From an uncultured Aestuariivirga sp. (lineage in GTDB: Bacteria > Pseudomonadota > Alphaproteobacteria > Rhizobiales > Aestuariivirgaceae): 64,000 nt of DNA. This document shows, one piece after another, positions 9,571 to 18,134 of this stretch. The stretch spans positions 37,992 through 101,991 of the forward strand of contig CAYMQH010000002.1 of NCBI GenBank assembly GCA_964392525.1, written 5' to 3'. The translations under genes and the position numbers were made by a program. Position 1 is the first letter of the stretch. Every line of letters begins with the position of its first letter. The notes below the pieces were generated by a model. That model searched no databases, had not been told where the DNA came from, and was given only the letters and a program-made list of their open reading frames with translations.

Positions 9571-10578
9571 ATGGCACGCAAGATCAGCATGCGCCAGGCG
9601 ATCAACGAGGCGCTCGACCAGGAAATGGCCCGTGATCCGTCAGTGATCGTGATGGGTGAGGACATCGTCGGCGGCGCCGGCGGCGAAGGTGAGGAAGATG
9701 CATGGGGTGGCGTCCTTGGCGTCACCAAGGGGCTTCATGCCAAGCACCGCGGCAAGCTGCTCGACACGCCGCTCTCCGAGTCGGCCTATATCGGTGCGGC
9801 GATCGGCGCTGCGGCCTGCGGCATGCGCCCCGTGGCGGAGCTGATGTTCCTCGACTTCATGGGCGTCTGCTTCGACCAGATCTTCAACCAGGCCGCCAAG
9901 TTCAAGTATATGTTCGGCGGCAAGGCCGAAACACCCGTGGTCATCCGCGCCATGGTGGGTGCGGGCTTCCGTGCGGCCGCCCAGCACAGCCAGATGCTCA
10001 CACCGCTCTTCGTGCACATACCGGGTCTCAAGGTGGTGTGCCCGTCCAACGCCTATGACGCCAAGGGCCTTCTGATCCAGTCGATCCGCGACAATGATCC
10101 GGTGATCTTCTGCGAACACAAGAACCTCTACGGCCTCGAGACCGACGTTCCGGCGGAATCCTACGCCATTCCGTTCGGCGAGGCCAATGTGGTGCGCGAC
10201 GGCAAGCACGTCACCATCGTGACCTATGGCATGATGGTACACCGCGCGATGGACGCCGCCGCAGCTCTGGCCAAGCAGGGCGTGGAGTGCGAGGTGATTG
10301 ATCTGCGCACCCTGTCGCCCATCGACTGGGATACGGTGATCGATTCCGCCGAGCGTACCGGCCATGTGGTCTGCGTGGACGAGGCGAACCCGCGCTGCTC
10401 GATCGCGGCCGACGTCTCCGCCATGCTGAGCCAGGAATGCTTCAAGGCCTTGAAGGGCCCGATCCAGATGGTGACGCCGCCGCACACGCCGGTGCCGTTC
10501 TCGCCGGTGCTGGAAGACCTGTACATCCCCTCGGCCGACGCCATCGTGAAGGCCGCGAACAAGTCGATGGGACGCTGA
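9571..10578 (+). CDS. acoB: acetoin:DCPIP oxidoreductase beta subunit (E1 beta)
   Basis: DTPLSE, ELMFLDF, AAAQHSQ, DLRTLSP. Confidence 0.92.
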   Translation: MARKISMRQAINEALDQEMARDPSVIVMGEDIVGGAGGEGEEDAWGGVLGVTKGLHAKHRGKLLDTPLSESAYIGAAIGAAACGMRPVAELMFLDFMGVCFDQIFNQAAKFKYMFGGKAETPVVIRAMVGAGFRAAAQHSQMLTPLFVHIPGLKVVCPSNAYDAKGLLIQSIRDNDPVIFCEHKNLYGLETDVPAESYAIPFGEANVVRDGKHVTIVTYGMMVHRAMDAAAALAKQGVECEVIDLRTLSPIDWDTVIDSAERTGHVVCVDEANPRCSIAADVSAMLSQECFKALKGPIQMVTPPHTPVPFSPVLEDLYIPSADAIVKAANKSMGR

Positions 10579-10611
10579 GAGACGCCTGACGCTTAGATTG
10601 AGGAATGAACT

Positions 10612-11724
10612 ATGACTGATACCCGTATCGTGCCGATCGTCATGCCCAAGTGGGGTCTCTCGATGAAAGAGGGAAAGGTGACGGGCTGGCTTCTGGAAGA
10701 TGGCTCGAAGATCAACCCCGGCGATGCGATCCTTGAGGTCGAGACCGACAAGATCGCGGGATCGGTCGAGGCGCATGAGGCCGGCGTGCTGCGAAGGCGC
10801 GTCGGCCAACCCGACACCATCTACCCGGTGAAGACGCTGCTCGGCGTCATCGCCGATCCATCCGTGCCGGACGCCGAGATCGACGCCTTCGTCGCGGCCT
10901 ATGTGACGCCATCCTCTGAGGAGGACGAGGAAGACCAGGGCCCGAAGTTCGAGTTCGCCGAGACATCGGCCGGTACGCTGCGCTATGCCAAGCGCGGCGA
11001 TGGCGATGAGACCGTCATCCTGATACATGGCTTTGGCGGCGATCTTGACAACTGGCTGTTCAACATCGACGCCCTCGGTGAGGCCGCCACCGTCTATGCG
11101 CTGGACCTGCCGGGCCATGGCCAGTCCACCAAGAAGCTGGAGAAGCCCAGCCTCAAGGCCATGACCGCGGCGCTGGCCTCCTTCATGGACAAGCTCGGCA
11201 TCGGCAAGGCGCATCTCGCGGGCCATTCGATGGGGGGCGCCATCGCCATGCAGATGGCGGCGGATCATCCGGAGAAGGTGAAGTCGCTGACGCTGATCTG
11301 CTCGGCGGGGCTCGGGCCCGACATTGGTTCTTATGTCGATGACTATGTCGCAGCCCAAGGCCGGAAAGACCTCAAACCCGTGCTTGAGCAGTTGTTCGCC
11401 GACAAGAACCTCGTCAGCCGCCAGTTGGTTGACGACGTGTTGAAGTACAAGCGGCTGGATGGTGTCGATTCGCTTCTGAAGGAACTCGCGGCATCGCTGT
11501 TCGCCGGGCGCAAGCAGCAGGATCAGCCGGCTGCTCAACTCGCGGGCAAGCTGCCGCCAGCGCTCGTCATCTGGGGCAAGGAGGATCAGATCATCCCCTC
11601 CGCCCATGCCGCCAACTTGCCGGGCGCCAAGGTCCATGTCCTCGAGGGGGCTGGCCACATGGTGTTCATGGAGAAGGCCAGCGATGTGAATAACCTTATC
11701 AAGGCTCACATCGCTGGCGCGTGA
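10612..11724 (+). CDS. acoC: AcoC: lipoyl domain + alpha/beta-hydrolase-fold acyltransferase
   Basis: MPKWGLSM..EVETDKIA lipoyl Lys; HGFGGD, GHSMGG and GHM hydrolase motifs. Confidence 0.92.
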   Translation: MTDTRIVPIVMPKWGLSMKEGKVTGWLLEDGSKINPGDAILEVETDKIAGSVEAHEAGVLRRRVGQPDTIYPVKTLLGVIADPSVPDAEIDAFVAAYVTPSSEEDEEDQGPKFEFAETSAGTLRYAKRGDGDETVILIHGFGGDLDNWLFNIDALGEAATVYALDLPGHGQSTKKLEKPSLKAMTAALASFMDKLGIGKAHLAGHSMGGAIAMQMAADHPEKVKSLTLICSAGLGPDIGSYVDDYVAAQGRKDLKPVLEQLFADKNLVSRQLVDDVLKYKRLDGVDSLLKELAASLFAGRKQQDQPAAQLAGKLPPALVIWGKEDQIIPSAHAANLPGAKVHVLEGAGHMVFMEKASDVNNLIKAHIAGA

Positions 11725-11877
11725 CCCAACTCATCCGATGCCGCTGACACGGCACAAGAAAGGAGGACCACAGATCACGGAAGCTTGAGACTTTCCGCGA
11801 GATACGGAGGCGCTGCAACGCCGCCGCATCTCCTGTTTGATCGACACAACAATGAAAATCAATGGGAGAAAACGCTG

Positions 11878-13407
11878 ATGTTTTCGATACCGAAGAATGC
11901 AGTTTACCAGCGGGTCAGCCGCCGCAAATTCCTTGAACTTGGCGGCGGTGCTGCCTCTGCGCTGGGCGTTGGCGGAATGACGCTGGGCCTGAGTTCCACC
12001 ATCACCCGCAACAAGGTGCAGGCCGCATCTTCAGATGATGCGAAGTGGAAGCAATACGCTGGCTCCAAGCTTGTCTTCATGTCCGAGAATACGCCGCCGT
12101 CCTTCGCTATCCGCGACAACATCAAGGCGTTCACCGACAAGACGGGCATCGAAGTCACCATTCTCACCGATGACCTGCCTGTGGTGCAGCAAAAGGTCGG
12201 TATCGACCTGCGCGGCGGCAAGGCGGACTATGTGCTGAACTATATTCAGGATAAGCCCATCGGCGCCCCGTTTGCCGATTTCTACGCCGATCTGACGCCA
12301 ATGTTCGGTGACGAGACCCTGCCGCAGGACCCGGAAGGCTATGGTGACGATGCGTGGTTCACCAACTTCCTCTCGGCGTGCGGCCGTTTCTACGACAAAG
12401 GCAAGATCGTCGCACTGCCCTATGATGCGGCCATTGCCTGCACTTTCTACCGGCAGGACCTGTTCGAGGCGAACTCCAAGGATTTCGAAGCTGAGTATGG
12501 CTATCGCCTCGAGTTCAACAAGGACTCGACCTGGCAGAACGTCATCGACATGGCGACCTTCTTCAAGAAGGCCAAGGAGTCGGGCAAGGATGTGCCCTAT
12601 GGCTATGCCCAGCACCAGGGCTCCTTCGCATGGACGACACAGCTTGACATTCAGCGCTTCCTGTTTGCCAACGGCCGCTGGATGGACTGGAACATCGACG
12701 ACGTTTATGGCTCCAAGGACCCGGGCAAGACCAACTGGGGCGATGAGCAGTCCATCTTCATGCTCGGCAAGTTCAAGGAACTGGCGGATGTCTGCCACCC
12801 CGACAATCTTGCGAATGGCACGCTGGAACTGAACACCGTCTATCAGTCCGGAAACATCGCGATGCAGACCCAGTATCACGAGTTTGCCGCCTCGATTGAA
12901 GACGAGTCGAAGTCCCGCGCCGCAGGCGGCAAGACAGCCTACGCACCCTGCCCGAAGGGCGATCCCAACTGGATCAAGAACGGCGGGCAGGCTGTCAACG
13001 GCACCAACTGCGGTATTGGCGGTATCGGCATCAACGGCAATGCCTCCGATGACCTCAAGCGCGCGGCTTACATCTTCGCGATCTGGTCGGTGTCGAAGGA
13101 CAACCAGTTCAACGTGCTGAAGGGCCTCGGCGGCACGCCCACTCGCAAGTCGGTTCTGGAGATCGAGGAAGTCAAGAAGGCCGAACAGCGTCCGACCACC
13201 ATGCCGAACGCGCTGACCTTCGATGTGGTCTACAACTACGGCATCAAGGATCCGAACTTCGTGTTGGGGCCCAAGATCCCCAATGCCAACGAGTACCACT
13301 CGATCCTTGCGGGCGAAGTGCAGAAGTGCCTGTCGAACGAGCAGAGCCCGGAAGAGGCCGCCAAGTCGATCCAGACACAGCTCGATGAGCTGAACGGCGC
13401 GGGCTGA
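11878..13407 (+). CDS. CUT1 (sugar-type) ABC transporter substrate-binding protein with Tat signal
   Basis: SRRKFL twin-arginine motif, LPYD..FYRQDLF; first gene of the ABC set; ATG 11878 behind GGAGA. Confidence 0.85.
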   Translation: MFSIPKNAVYQRVSRRKFLELGGGAASALGVGGMTLGLSSTITRNKVQAASSDDAKWKQYAGSKLVFMSENTPPSFAIRDNIKAFTDKTGIEVTILTDDLPVVQQKVGIDLRGGKADYVLNYIQDKPIGAPFADFYADLTPMFGDETLPQDPEGYGDDAWFTNFLSACGRFYDKGKIVALPYDAAIACTFYRQDLFEANSKDFEAEYGYRLEFNKDSTWQNVIDMATFFKKAKESGKDVPYGYAQHQGSFAWTTQLDIQRFLFANGRWMDWNIDDVYGSKDPGKTNWGDEQSIFMLGKFKELADVCHPDNLANGTLELNTVYQSGNIAMQTQYHEFAASIEDESKSRAAGGKTAYAPCPKGDPNWIKNGGQAVNGTNCGIGGIGINGNASDDLKRAAYIFAIWSVSKDNQFNVLKGLGGTPTRKSVLEIEEVKKAEQRPTTMPNALTFDVVYNYGIKDPNFVLGPKIPNANEYHSILAGEVQKCLSNEQSPEEAAKSIQTQLDELNGAG

Positions 13408-13425
13408 CCGGCCCGCACCCGACAC

Positions 13426-13451
13426 GCCGGCGGCCAGTACTGGCCGCCGGC
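13426..13451. repeat. perfect 26-bp palindrome after the binding-protein gene
   Basis: GCCGGCGGCCAG-TA-CTGGCCGCCGGC; typical intercistronic stem-loop of ABC operons. Confidence 0.7.
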
Positions 13452-13480
13452 ACCCCTCCCTTCAACCATCGAGCGAGCCG

Positions 13481-14491
13481 ATGACTGACGCCACCATGCC
13501 TCATGCCGCCGGGCGATCCGCGGGAAGCCAGAACAATCTGGACCTGTTCCGCGTCCGCCAGATACCAGACAGTGTCGAGTCCCGCCCCGCAACAACGCTT
13601 GGCGCGGAACTGCCCTCGGTCAATCCACCGGCTTCGAAGGCCTATTACTTCTGGCTCATGGCTCCGGCCATTCTGGTGCTTGCCTTCATATCGATCTACC
13701 CGTTCTTCTGGATGATCTACATGAGCCTCCATGATGTGGATATCGGCCACATCGAATGGAACAACTTCGCCAACTTCACCAGGCTCGCTTCCGATACGCG
13801 CTTCCTGATGGGCTGGGTGCTGCTGATCCAGTACAGCGCCATGTGCCTGTTCCTGCAGATCGTCATCGGCGTGTTCCTGGCCCTGGCCCTCAACCGCTCA
13901 CGCTATGAGAAGGTGCTGGTCACCACATTGCTGATGCCCATGATGATGGCCCCGCTGGTAGCCGGCATGGTGTGGTACTTTCTCTATAACGGCACTTTCG
14001 GCTGGTATCACTGGCTGCTGCAAAGCCTCGGCATCCTTGGCCCCAAGTCCATTCTGGCCAGTGGCAGCACTGCCATGATCGGGCTCGTGCTCGTCGACGT
14101 CTGGCAGTGGACGCCGCTCATCACGCTCATCACGCTCGCTGGCCTGAAGCGCGTGCCGCAGGACCAGCTCGAGGCCAACATGGTGGACGGTGCCTCGCCC
14201 TTCCGCAACTTCATCTCTGTGACGCTCCCGAACCTCTATCCGGTGCTGCTGATCGCCATCATGCTCCGCTTCATGGACAATTTCCGCTTCATCGACTCGG
14301 TGCTGGTGCTCACCGGCGGCGGCCCCGGCAATGCGACGAAGATCCTGCCCGTCTATCTCTTCGAGGTGTCGTTCAAGTTCTTCAAGCTGGGGCGGGGTGC
14401 CGCGATTGCCCTCATCCTCCTCATCGTCACCATCATTCTCGGAATGCTCCTGGTCCGTATCTTCGACCGCCAGCAGCCCAGAAAGGGGTAA
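13481..14491 (+). CDS. carbohydrate ABC transporter permease
   Basis: multiple TM segments, DVWQWTP, EANMVDGAS EAA loop. Confidence 0.9.
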   Translation: MTDATMPHAAGRSAGSQNNLDLFRVRQIPDSVESRPATTLGAELPSVNPPASKAYYFWLMAPAILVLAFISIYPFFWMIYMSLHDVDIGHIEWNNFANFTRLASDTRFLMGWVLLIQYSAMCLFLQIVIGVFLALALNRSRYEKVLVTTLLMPMMMAPLVAGMVWYFLYNGTFGWYHWLLQSLGILGPKSILASGSTAMIGLVLVDVWQWTPLITLITLAGLKRVPQDQLEANMVDGASPFRNFISVTLPNLYPVLLIAIMLRFMDNFRFIDSVLVLTGGGPGNATKILPVYLFEVSFKFFKLGRGAAIALILLIVTIILGMLLVRIFDRQQPRKG

Positions 14492-14494
14492 GTC

Positions 14495-15373
14495 ATGGCT
14501 TCCCGCGACCTCATACAATACGAGACGCCGGCATCGAAGGCCTTCAGATGGTTCTCCATCGTATTCCTCGCCTTCTACGTGGTGTGGACGGTGCTGCCGC
14601 TGTTCATCATGTTCGTGTCCTCCTTCAAGGACCTGCTGGAAGCCTTCAAGCTTCCGGCGGTTGGGGACTGGGCAGGGGTAACAGTCTTCTTCGACTTCAC
14701 GCCGACGACGAAGCATTACTATGAACTCTTCGCCAATCTCGGCTTCTCAACCTATCTGTTCAACTCGCTGGTCGCGGCGGCGGGATCTGCCGTTGTATCG
14801 GTCATCCTCGGATCCATGTGCGCCTATTCCCTGTCGCGCATCGACTTCAAGGGCAAGAATGACCTGTTCTTCTGGATCATTTCGACTCGCATGGCACCCG
14901 TCGTCGCCGTGATGGTGCCGCTCTACTGGATCTTCCGGCAGCTTGAACTTGTCGGAACGCTGCCGGGCCTCATCCTTGCCTACACGACCTTCAATCTTCC
15001 CTTTGCGATCTGGATCCTCAAGGGCTTCTTCGACAATGTGCCCTATGCCATCGAGGAGGCCCAGATGGTGGATGGCGCAACCCGGCTGCAAGCGCTGCGC
15101 GCCATCCTGCCACTGGTGGCGCCCGGTATCGGCGCCTTCGTGGTGCTCTGCATCCTGTTCGCCTGGAACGACTATCTGTTCGCCGCGATCATCGGTTCGG
15201 GCGGCGCCAAGACGTTACCCGCGGCGACGCGCGAACTGGTGCAGCCGCAGAACATCCAGTGGGGGCAGATCATGGCGGCGGGCGTCGTGACGACGTTGCC
15301 CATGATGTTCCTGGGTCTCGTCATCCGGAAATATCTCGTCACCGGCCTCACCATGGGCGCGGTCAAGGAATAG
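14495..15373 (+). CDS. carbohydrate ABC transporter permease
   Basis: EEAQMVDGA EAA loop, FAWNDY, TM segments. Confidence 0.9.
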   Translation: MASRDLIQYETPASKAFRWFSIVFLAFYVVWTVLPLFIMFVSSFKDLLEAFKLPAVGDWAGVTVFFDFTPTTKHYYELFANLGFSTYLFNSLVAAAGSAVVSVILGSMCAYSLSRIDFKGKNDLFFWIISTRMAPVVAVMVPLYWIFRQLELVGTLPGLILAYTTFNLPFAIWILKGFFDNVPYAIEEAQMVDGATRLQALRAILPLVAPGIGAFVVLCILFAWNDYLFAAIIGSGGAKTLPAATRELVQPQNIQWGQIMAAGVVTTLPMMFLGLVIRKYLVTGLTMGAVKE

Positions 15374-15385
15374 CAGGAGCTGCAC

Positions 15386-16480
15386 ATGGCAAAGATATCC
15401 TTCAGGAACGTATGGAAGAAATACGGCGACATGCCCGCCGTCAAAGACCTCAACATCGAGTGCCCGGACGGCTCCTTCCTCTCCATCCTCGGCCCCTCGG
15501 GCTGCGGCAAGTCATCCACCATGCGCATGGTGGCCGGGCTTGAGCACATCTCCTCCGGACAGATCCTGTTCGACGAAAAGCCCGTCAATGATCTCGCCCC
15601 CAAGGACCGCGACGTGGCCATGGTGTTCGAGAATTATGCGCTCTATCCGCACAAGACGGTCTACGAAAACATGGCCAACCCACTCAAGCTGCGCGGCCAG
15701 GACAGCGCGCGCATCAAGGAACGCGTGACAGCGGCTGCGAAGCTTCTCGAGATTGCCCACCTGCTGGAGCGTCGTCCGCAGGAACTCTCCGGCGGCCAGA
15801 AGCAGCGCGTCGCCATCGGGCGCGCCATCGTGCGGGAACCCAACCTGTTCCTGTTTGATGAGCCCATCGCCCATCTCGACGCCAAGCTTCGCGCCCATAT
15901 GCGCGGCGAGATCAAGCATCTCCAGCGCACGCTCGGCACAACGATGATCTATGTGACGCATGATCAGCTCGAAGCCATGTCCATGGCTGACAGCATTGCC
16001 GTGATGTATGAGGGCGAACTCCAGCAGCTGGGCACACCGCGTGAGGTCTACAACCACCCGGTCAATGCCTGGGTCGCGGGCTTCGTCGGCGAACCCGCGA
16101 TGAACTTTGTCGATGTCGGCCTTGAGGAGAGGGCCGGTCGGACCCACTTCATGCACGGCAATTTCGCCATACCGGTGAGCGAGGACCAGCAGCGGCGCAT
16201 TTCCGCCGGGGCAAAGGCGAACACGCTGCGCATGGGCGTACGCCCCGACGCCCTGTCGATCTCCATGACGAAGCCGGCGGAACCGCATATCACTGGCAAG
16301 ATCTTCGTGACCGAACTGCTCGGCGGCGACATGATTGTCGATGTTGATCTCGATGATTGCCGCATCCGCGTGAAGACCTCAACCGAGTTCGAGGGGCTGG
16401 AGGGGCAACCCTGCTACATGACCGTCAACACCGCCAAGTGGCATGCCTTCTCGAAAGAGAATGGCAAGGCCTTGTTCTAG
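15386..16480 (+). CDS. MalK-like ABC transporter ATP-binding protein
   Basis: GPSGCGKS, LSGGQKQRVAIGRA, DEP, YVTHDQ, C-terminal TOBE-like region. Confidence 0.93.
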   Translation: MAKISFRNVWKKYGDMPAVKDLNIECPDGSFLSILGPSGCGKSSTMRMVAGLEHISSGQILFDEKPVNDLAPKDRDVAMVFENYALYPHKTVYENMANPLKLRGQDSARIKERVTAAAKLLEIAHLLERRPQELSGGQKQRVAIGRAIVREPNLFLFDEPIAHLDAKLRAHMRGEIKHLQRTLGTTMIYVTHDQLEAMSMADSIAVMYEGELQQLGTPREVYNHPVNAWVAGFVGEPAMNFVDVGLEERAGRTHFMHGNFAIPVSEDQQRRISAGAKANTLRMGVRPDALSISMTKPAEPHITGKIFVTELLGGDMIVDVDLDDCRIRVKTSTEFEGLEGQPCYMTVNTAKWHAFSKENGKALF

Positions 16481-16494
16481 ATTGGGAGGCCGCA

Positions 16495-16830
16495 ATGGCG
16501 GATGCGAAGGAAAAGCTTGAATTGATCAACGCCAGGCTGATGGGCCTGTTCAAGGCTGAAAAGCAGACGATGATGGCCTTCAACGGTCTGACCGTTGCTG
16601 CGACCCGCGCGGGGAAGATTTCCCCAGCCATCAAGGAGCTGACGGCGGTTGCCATCGCGGTGGCCAAGGGCTGTGAAGACTGCATCGTCTATCATGCGGC
16701 GGCGGCGAAGAAGCACGGCGCGACGCGCGAGGAACTGGCGGAAATGCTGGCTGTCGCTGTCGAGATGGCGGGTGGCCCCGGTGCCGTCTATGCCGCCAGA
16801 GCGGTGGAGGTGTTCGACCAGTTGCCCTGA
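16495..16830 (+). CDS. carboxymuconolactone decarboxylase/AhpD-like protein
   Basis: KELTAVAIAVAKGCEDC..YH..AAKKHGATREE..E with CxxC; GGAGG SD. Confidence 0.85.
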   Translation: MADAKEKLELINARLMGLFKAEKQTMMAFNGLTVAATRAGKISPAIKELTAVAIAVAKGCEDCIVYHAAAAKKHGATREELAEMLAVAVEMAGGPGAVYAARAVEVFDQLP

Positions 16831-16885
16831 ATGCAAGCCGCGCGTCACCAGCTTCCGACCGGAAAATCTTTTTTCGCGTTTTGGG

Positions 16886-16914
16886 TTGTAATCCCCGTAC
16901 CGGTAGCCTATGTG
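16886..16914 (+). promoter_or_regulatory. putative sigma-70 promoter of cspA with a long (about 135 nt) leader
   Basis: TTGTAA-N17-TATGTG. Confidence 0.5.
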
Positions 16915-17054
16915 AAGGCTATCGAAATTTTGGCCTGATGGCTAAGCATCGCGTTCCTTTTGTGTGCACGAGCTCATTCTTCTCCAGAACATCGGTGACT
17001 GCGTACTGCTGAGACAGCAGTCGGGAGTCGTGCATTTTTCCAAAAGGATTCATC

Positions 17055-17264
17055 ATGCAAACAGGTACCGTGAAGTGGTTCAATTCCCAGAAGGGTTTTG
17101 GCTTCATTGAACAGAGTGGTGGCGGCCCGGATGTGTTCGTTCACATCAGCGCTGTCGAACGGGCGGGCTGGACCAGCCTCAACGAAGGTCAGAAGCTGTC
17201 CTTCGAGATCGTGACCGATCGCCGGAACGGCAAGTCGTCGGCTGATCGTCTCCAGGCGGCTTGA
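17055..17264 (+). CDS. cspA: cold-shock protein
   Basis: GTVKWFN..KGFGFI (RNP1), DVFVHISA (RNP2). Confidence 0.95.
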   Translation: MQTGTVKWFNSQKGFGFIEQSGGGPDVFVHISAVERAGWTSLNEGQKLSFEIVTDRRNGKSSADRLQAA

Positions 17265-17329
17265 ACAGGAATTGAGCCGCGCCGACTGCGAGCCACGGAT
17301 GTACTGGTGGCAGGCGGCGCGGTGAAAGA

Positions 17330-17363
17330 AGCGTCGGTGTTCTGCACCGGCGCTGCTTCTTTT
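17330..17363 (+). terminator. intrinsic terminator/attenuator between cspA and the next ORF
   Basis: AGCGTCGGTG-N5-CACCGGCGCT stem followed by GCTTCTTTT. Confidence 0.55.
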
Positions 17364-17389
17364 ATGGGCGATTTTCCGAGGAGGCCGGT

Positions 17390-17626
17390 GTGACGCTGTC
17401 CGCGACGATCTATCTCTACCGGTCGACGAAGACCAAGGGCCTGTTCTGCTTCTCGACTGGTGAGAAGCCCGCCGGCTTGCCGGAAAGCCTTGCGCCGTGG
17501 CGGCGCTTCGGCGTGGTGAAGCCCGGTGAACAACTTCCGCATGGCCTCAAGCGGGAGGCGATTGCGCCAGGCATCGCCGAAAATGGTTACCAACTGTTCC
17601 GGCGCAAGGCGAAGTCAGGTAACTGA
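17390..17626 (+). CDS. small conserved hypothetical protein between cspA and rpsU
   Basis: GTG start behind GAGGAGG; position matches the middle ORF of rhizobial cspA-orf-rpsU operons. Confidence 0.7.
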   Translation: MTLSATIYLYRSTKTKGLFCFSTGEKPAGLPESLAPWRRFGVVKPGEQLPHGLKREAIAPGIAENGYQLFRRKAKSGN

Positions 17627-17642
17627 CAAGGAGTTCCATCTC

Positions 17643-17930
17643 GTGAAAATTTTTGTTCGTGACAACAATATCGACCAGGCCCTGCGCTTTCTGAAGAAGA
17701 AGATGCAGCGTGAAGGCCTGTTCCGTGACATGAAGGCCAGGACGGCCTATGAAAAGCCATCCGAGCGCCGCATCCGCGAACAGGCCGAAGCGGTGCGCCG
17801 TGCGCGCAAGCTGGCACGCAAACAGGCTCAGCGGGAGGGGCTGTTGCCCATGCCGAAGGCCAAGCCGAAGCCTCTCCGTCCGTCCAATCCCTTCGCGCGC
17901 GTTGATGCGCCGAAGCCCGCTGAAAAATAG
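17643..17930 (+). CDS. rpsU: 30S ribosomal protein bS21 (with C-terminal extension)
   Basis: [33 protein letters not shown]; GTG start behind AAGGAG. Confidence 0.93.
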   Translation: MKIFVRDNNIDQALRFLKKKMQREGLFRDMKARTAYEKPSERRIREQAEAVRRARKLARKQAQREGLLPMPKAKPKPLRPSNPFARVDAPKPAEK

Positions 17931-18134
17931 TTCATACATCTTCGCGCACTGTCCCAGGGGCAAATCCGGGAAAGTGAAATGATGGTAAACCTGCCGGAGC
18001 CTTTTCGTGCAGGCGTTGCAGAACCTGTCCACGCCTTTGGGCTGGTGAACGGTTCTCCGGGGCGTAGTTTTTGATTGATGTCTTTGTCGCCATGGCGCAA
18101 GACTCAAGCCCGGCAGAGTTCCGGGAATACAAGC

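Noticed and set aside
9640-11709. 689-aa antisense ORF over acoBC, and similar long shadow ORFs (41891-43327, 46368-48548, 53639-55165, 60957-62894)
   Set aside because: They lie entirely opposite well-supported genes and have no recognisable motifs; expected from codon bias in high-GC DNA
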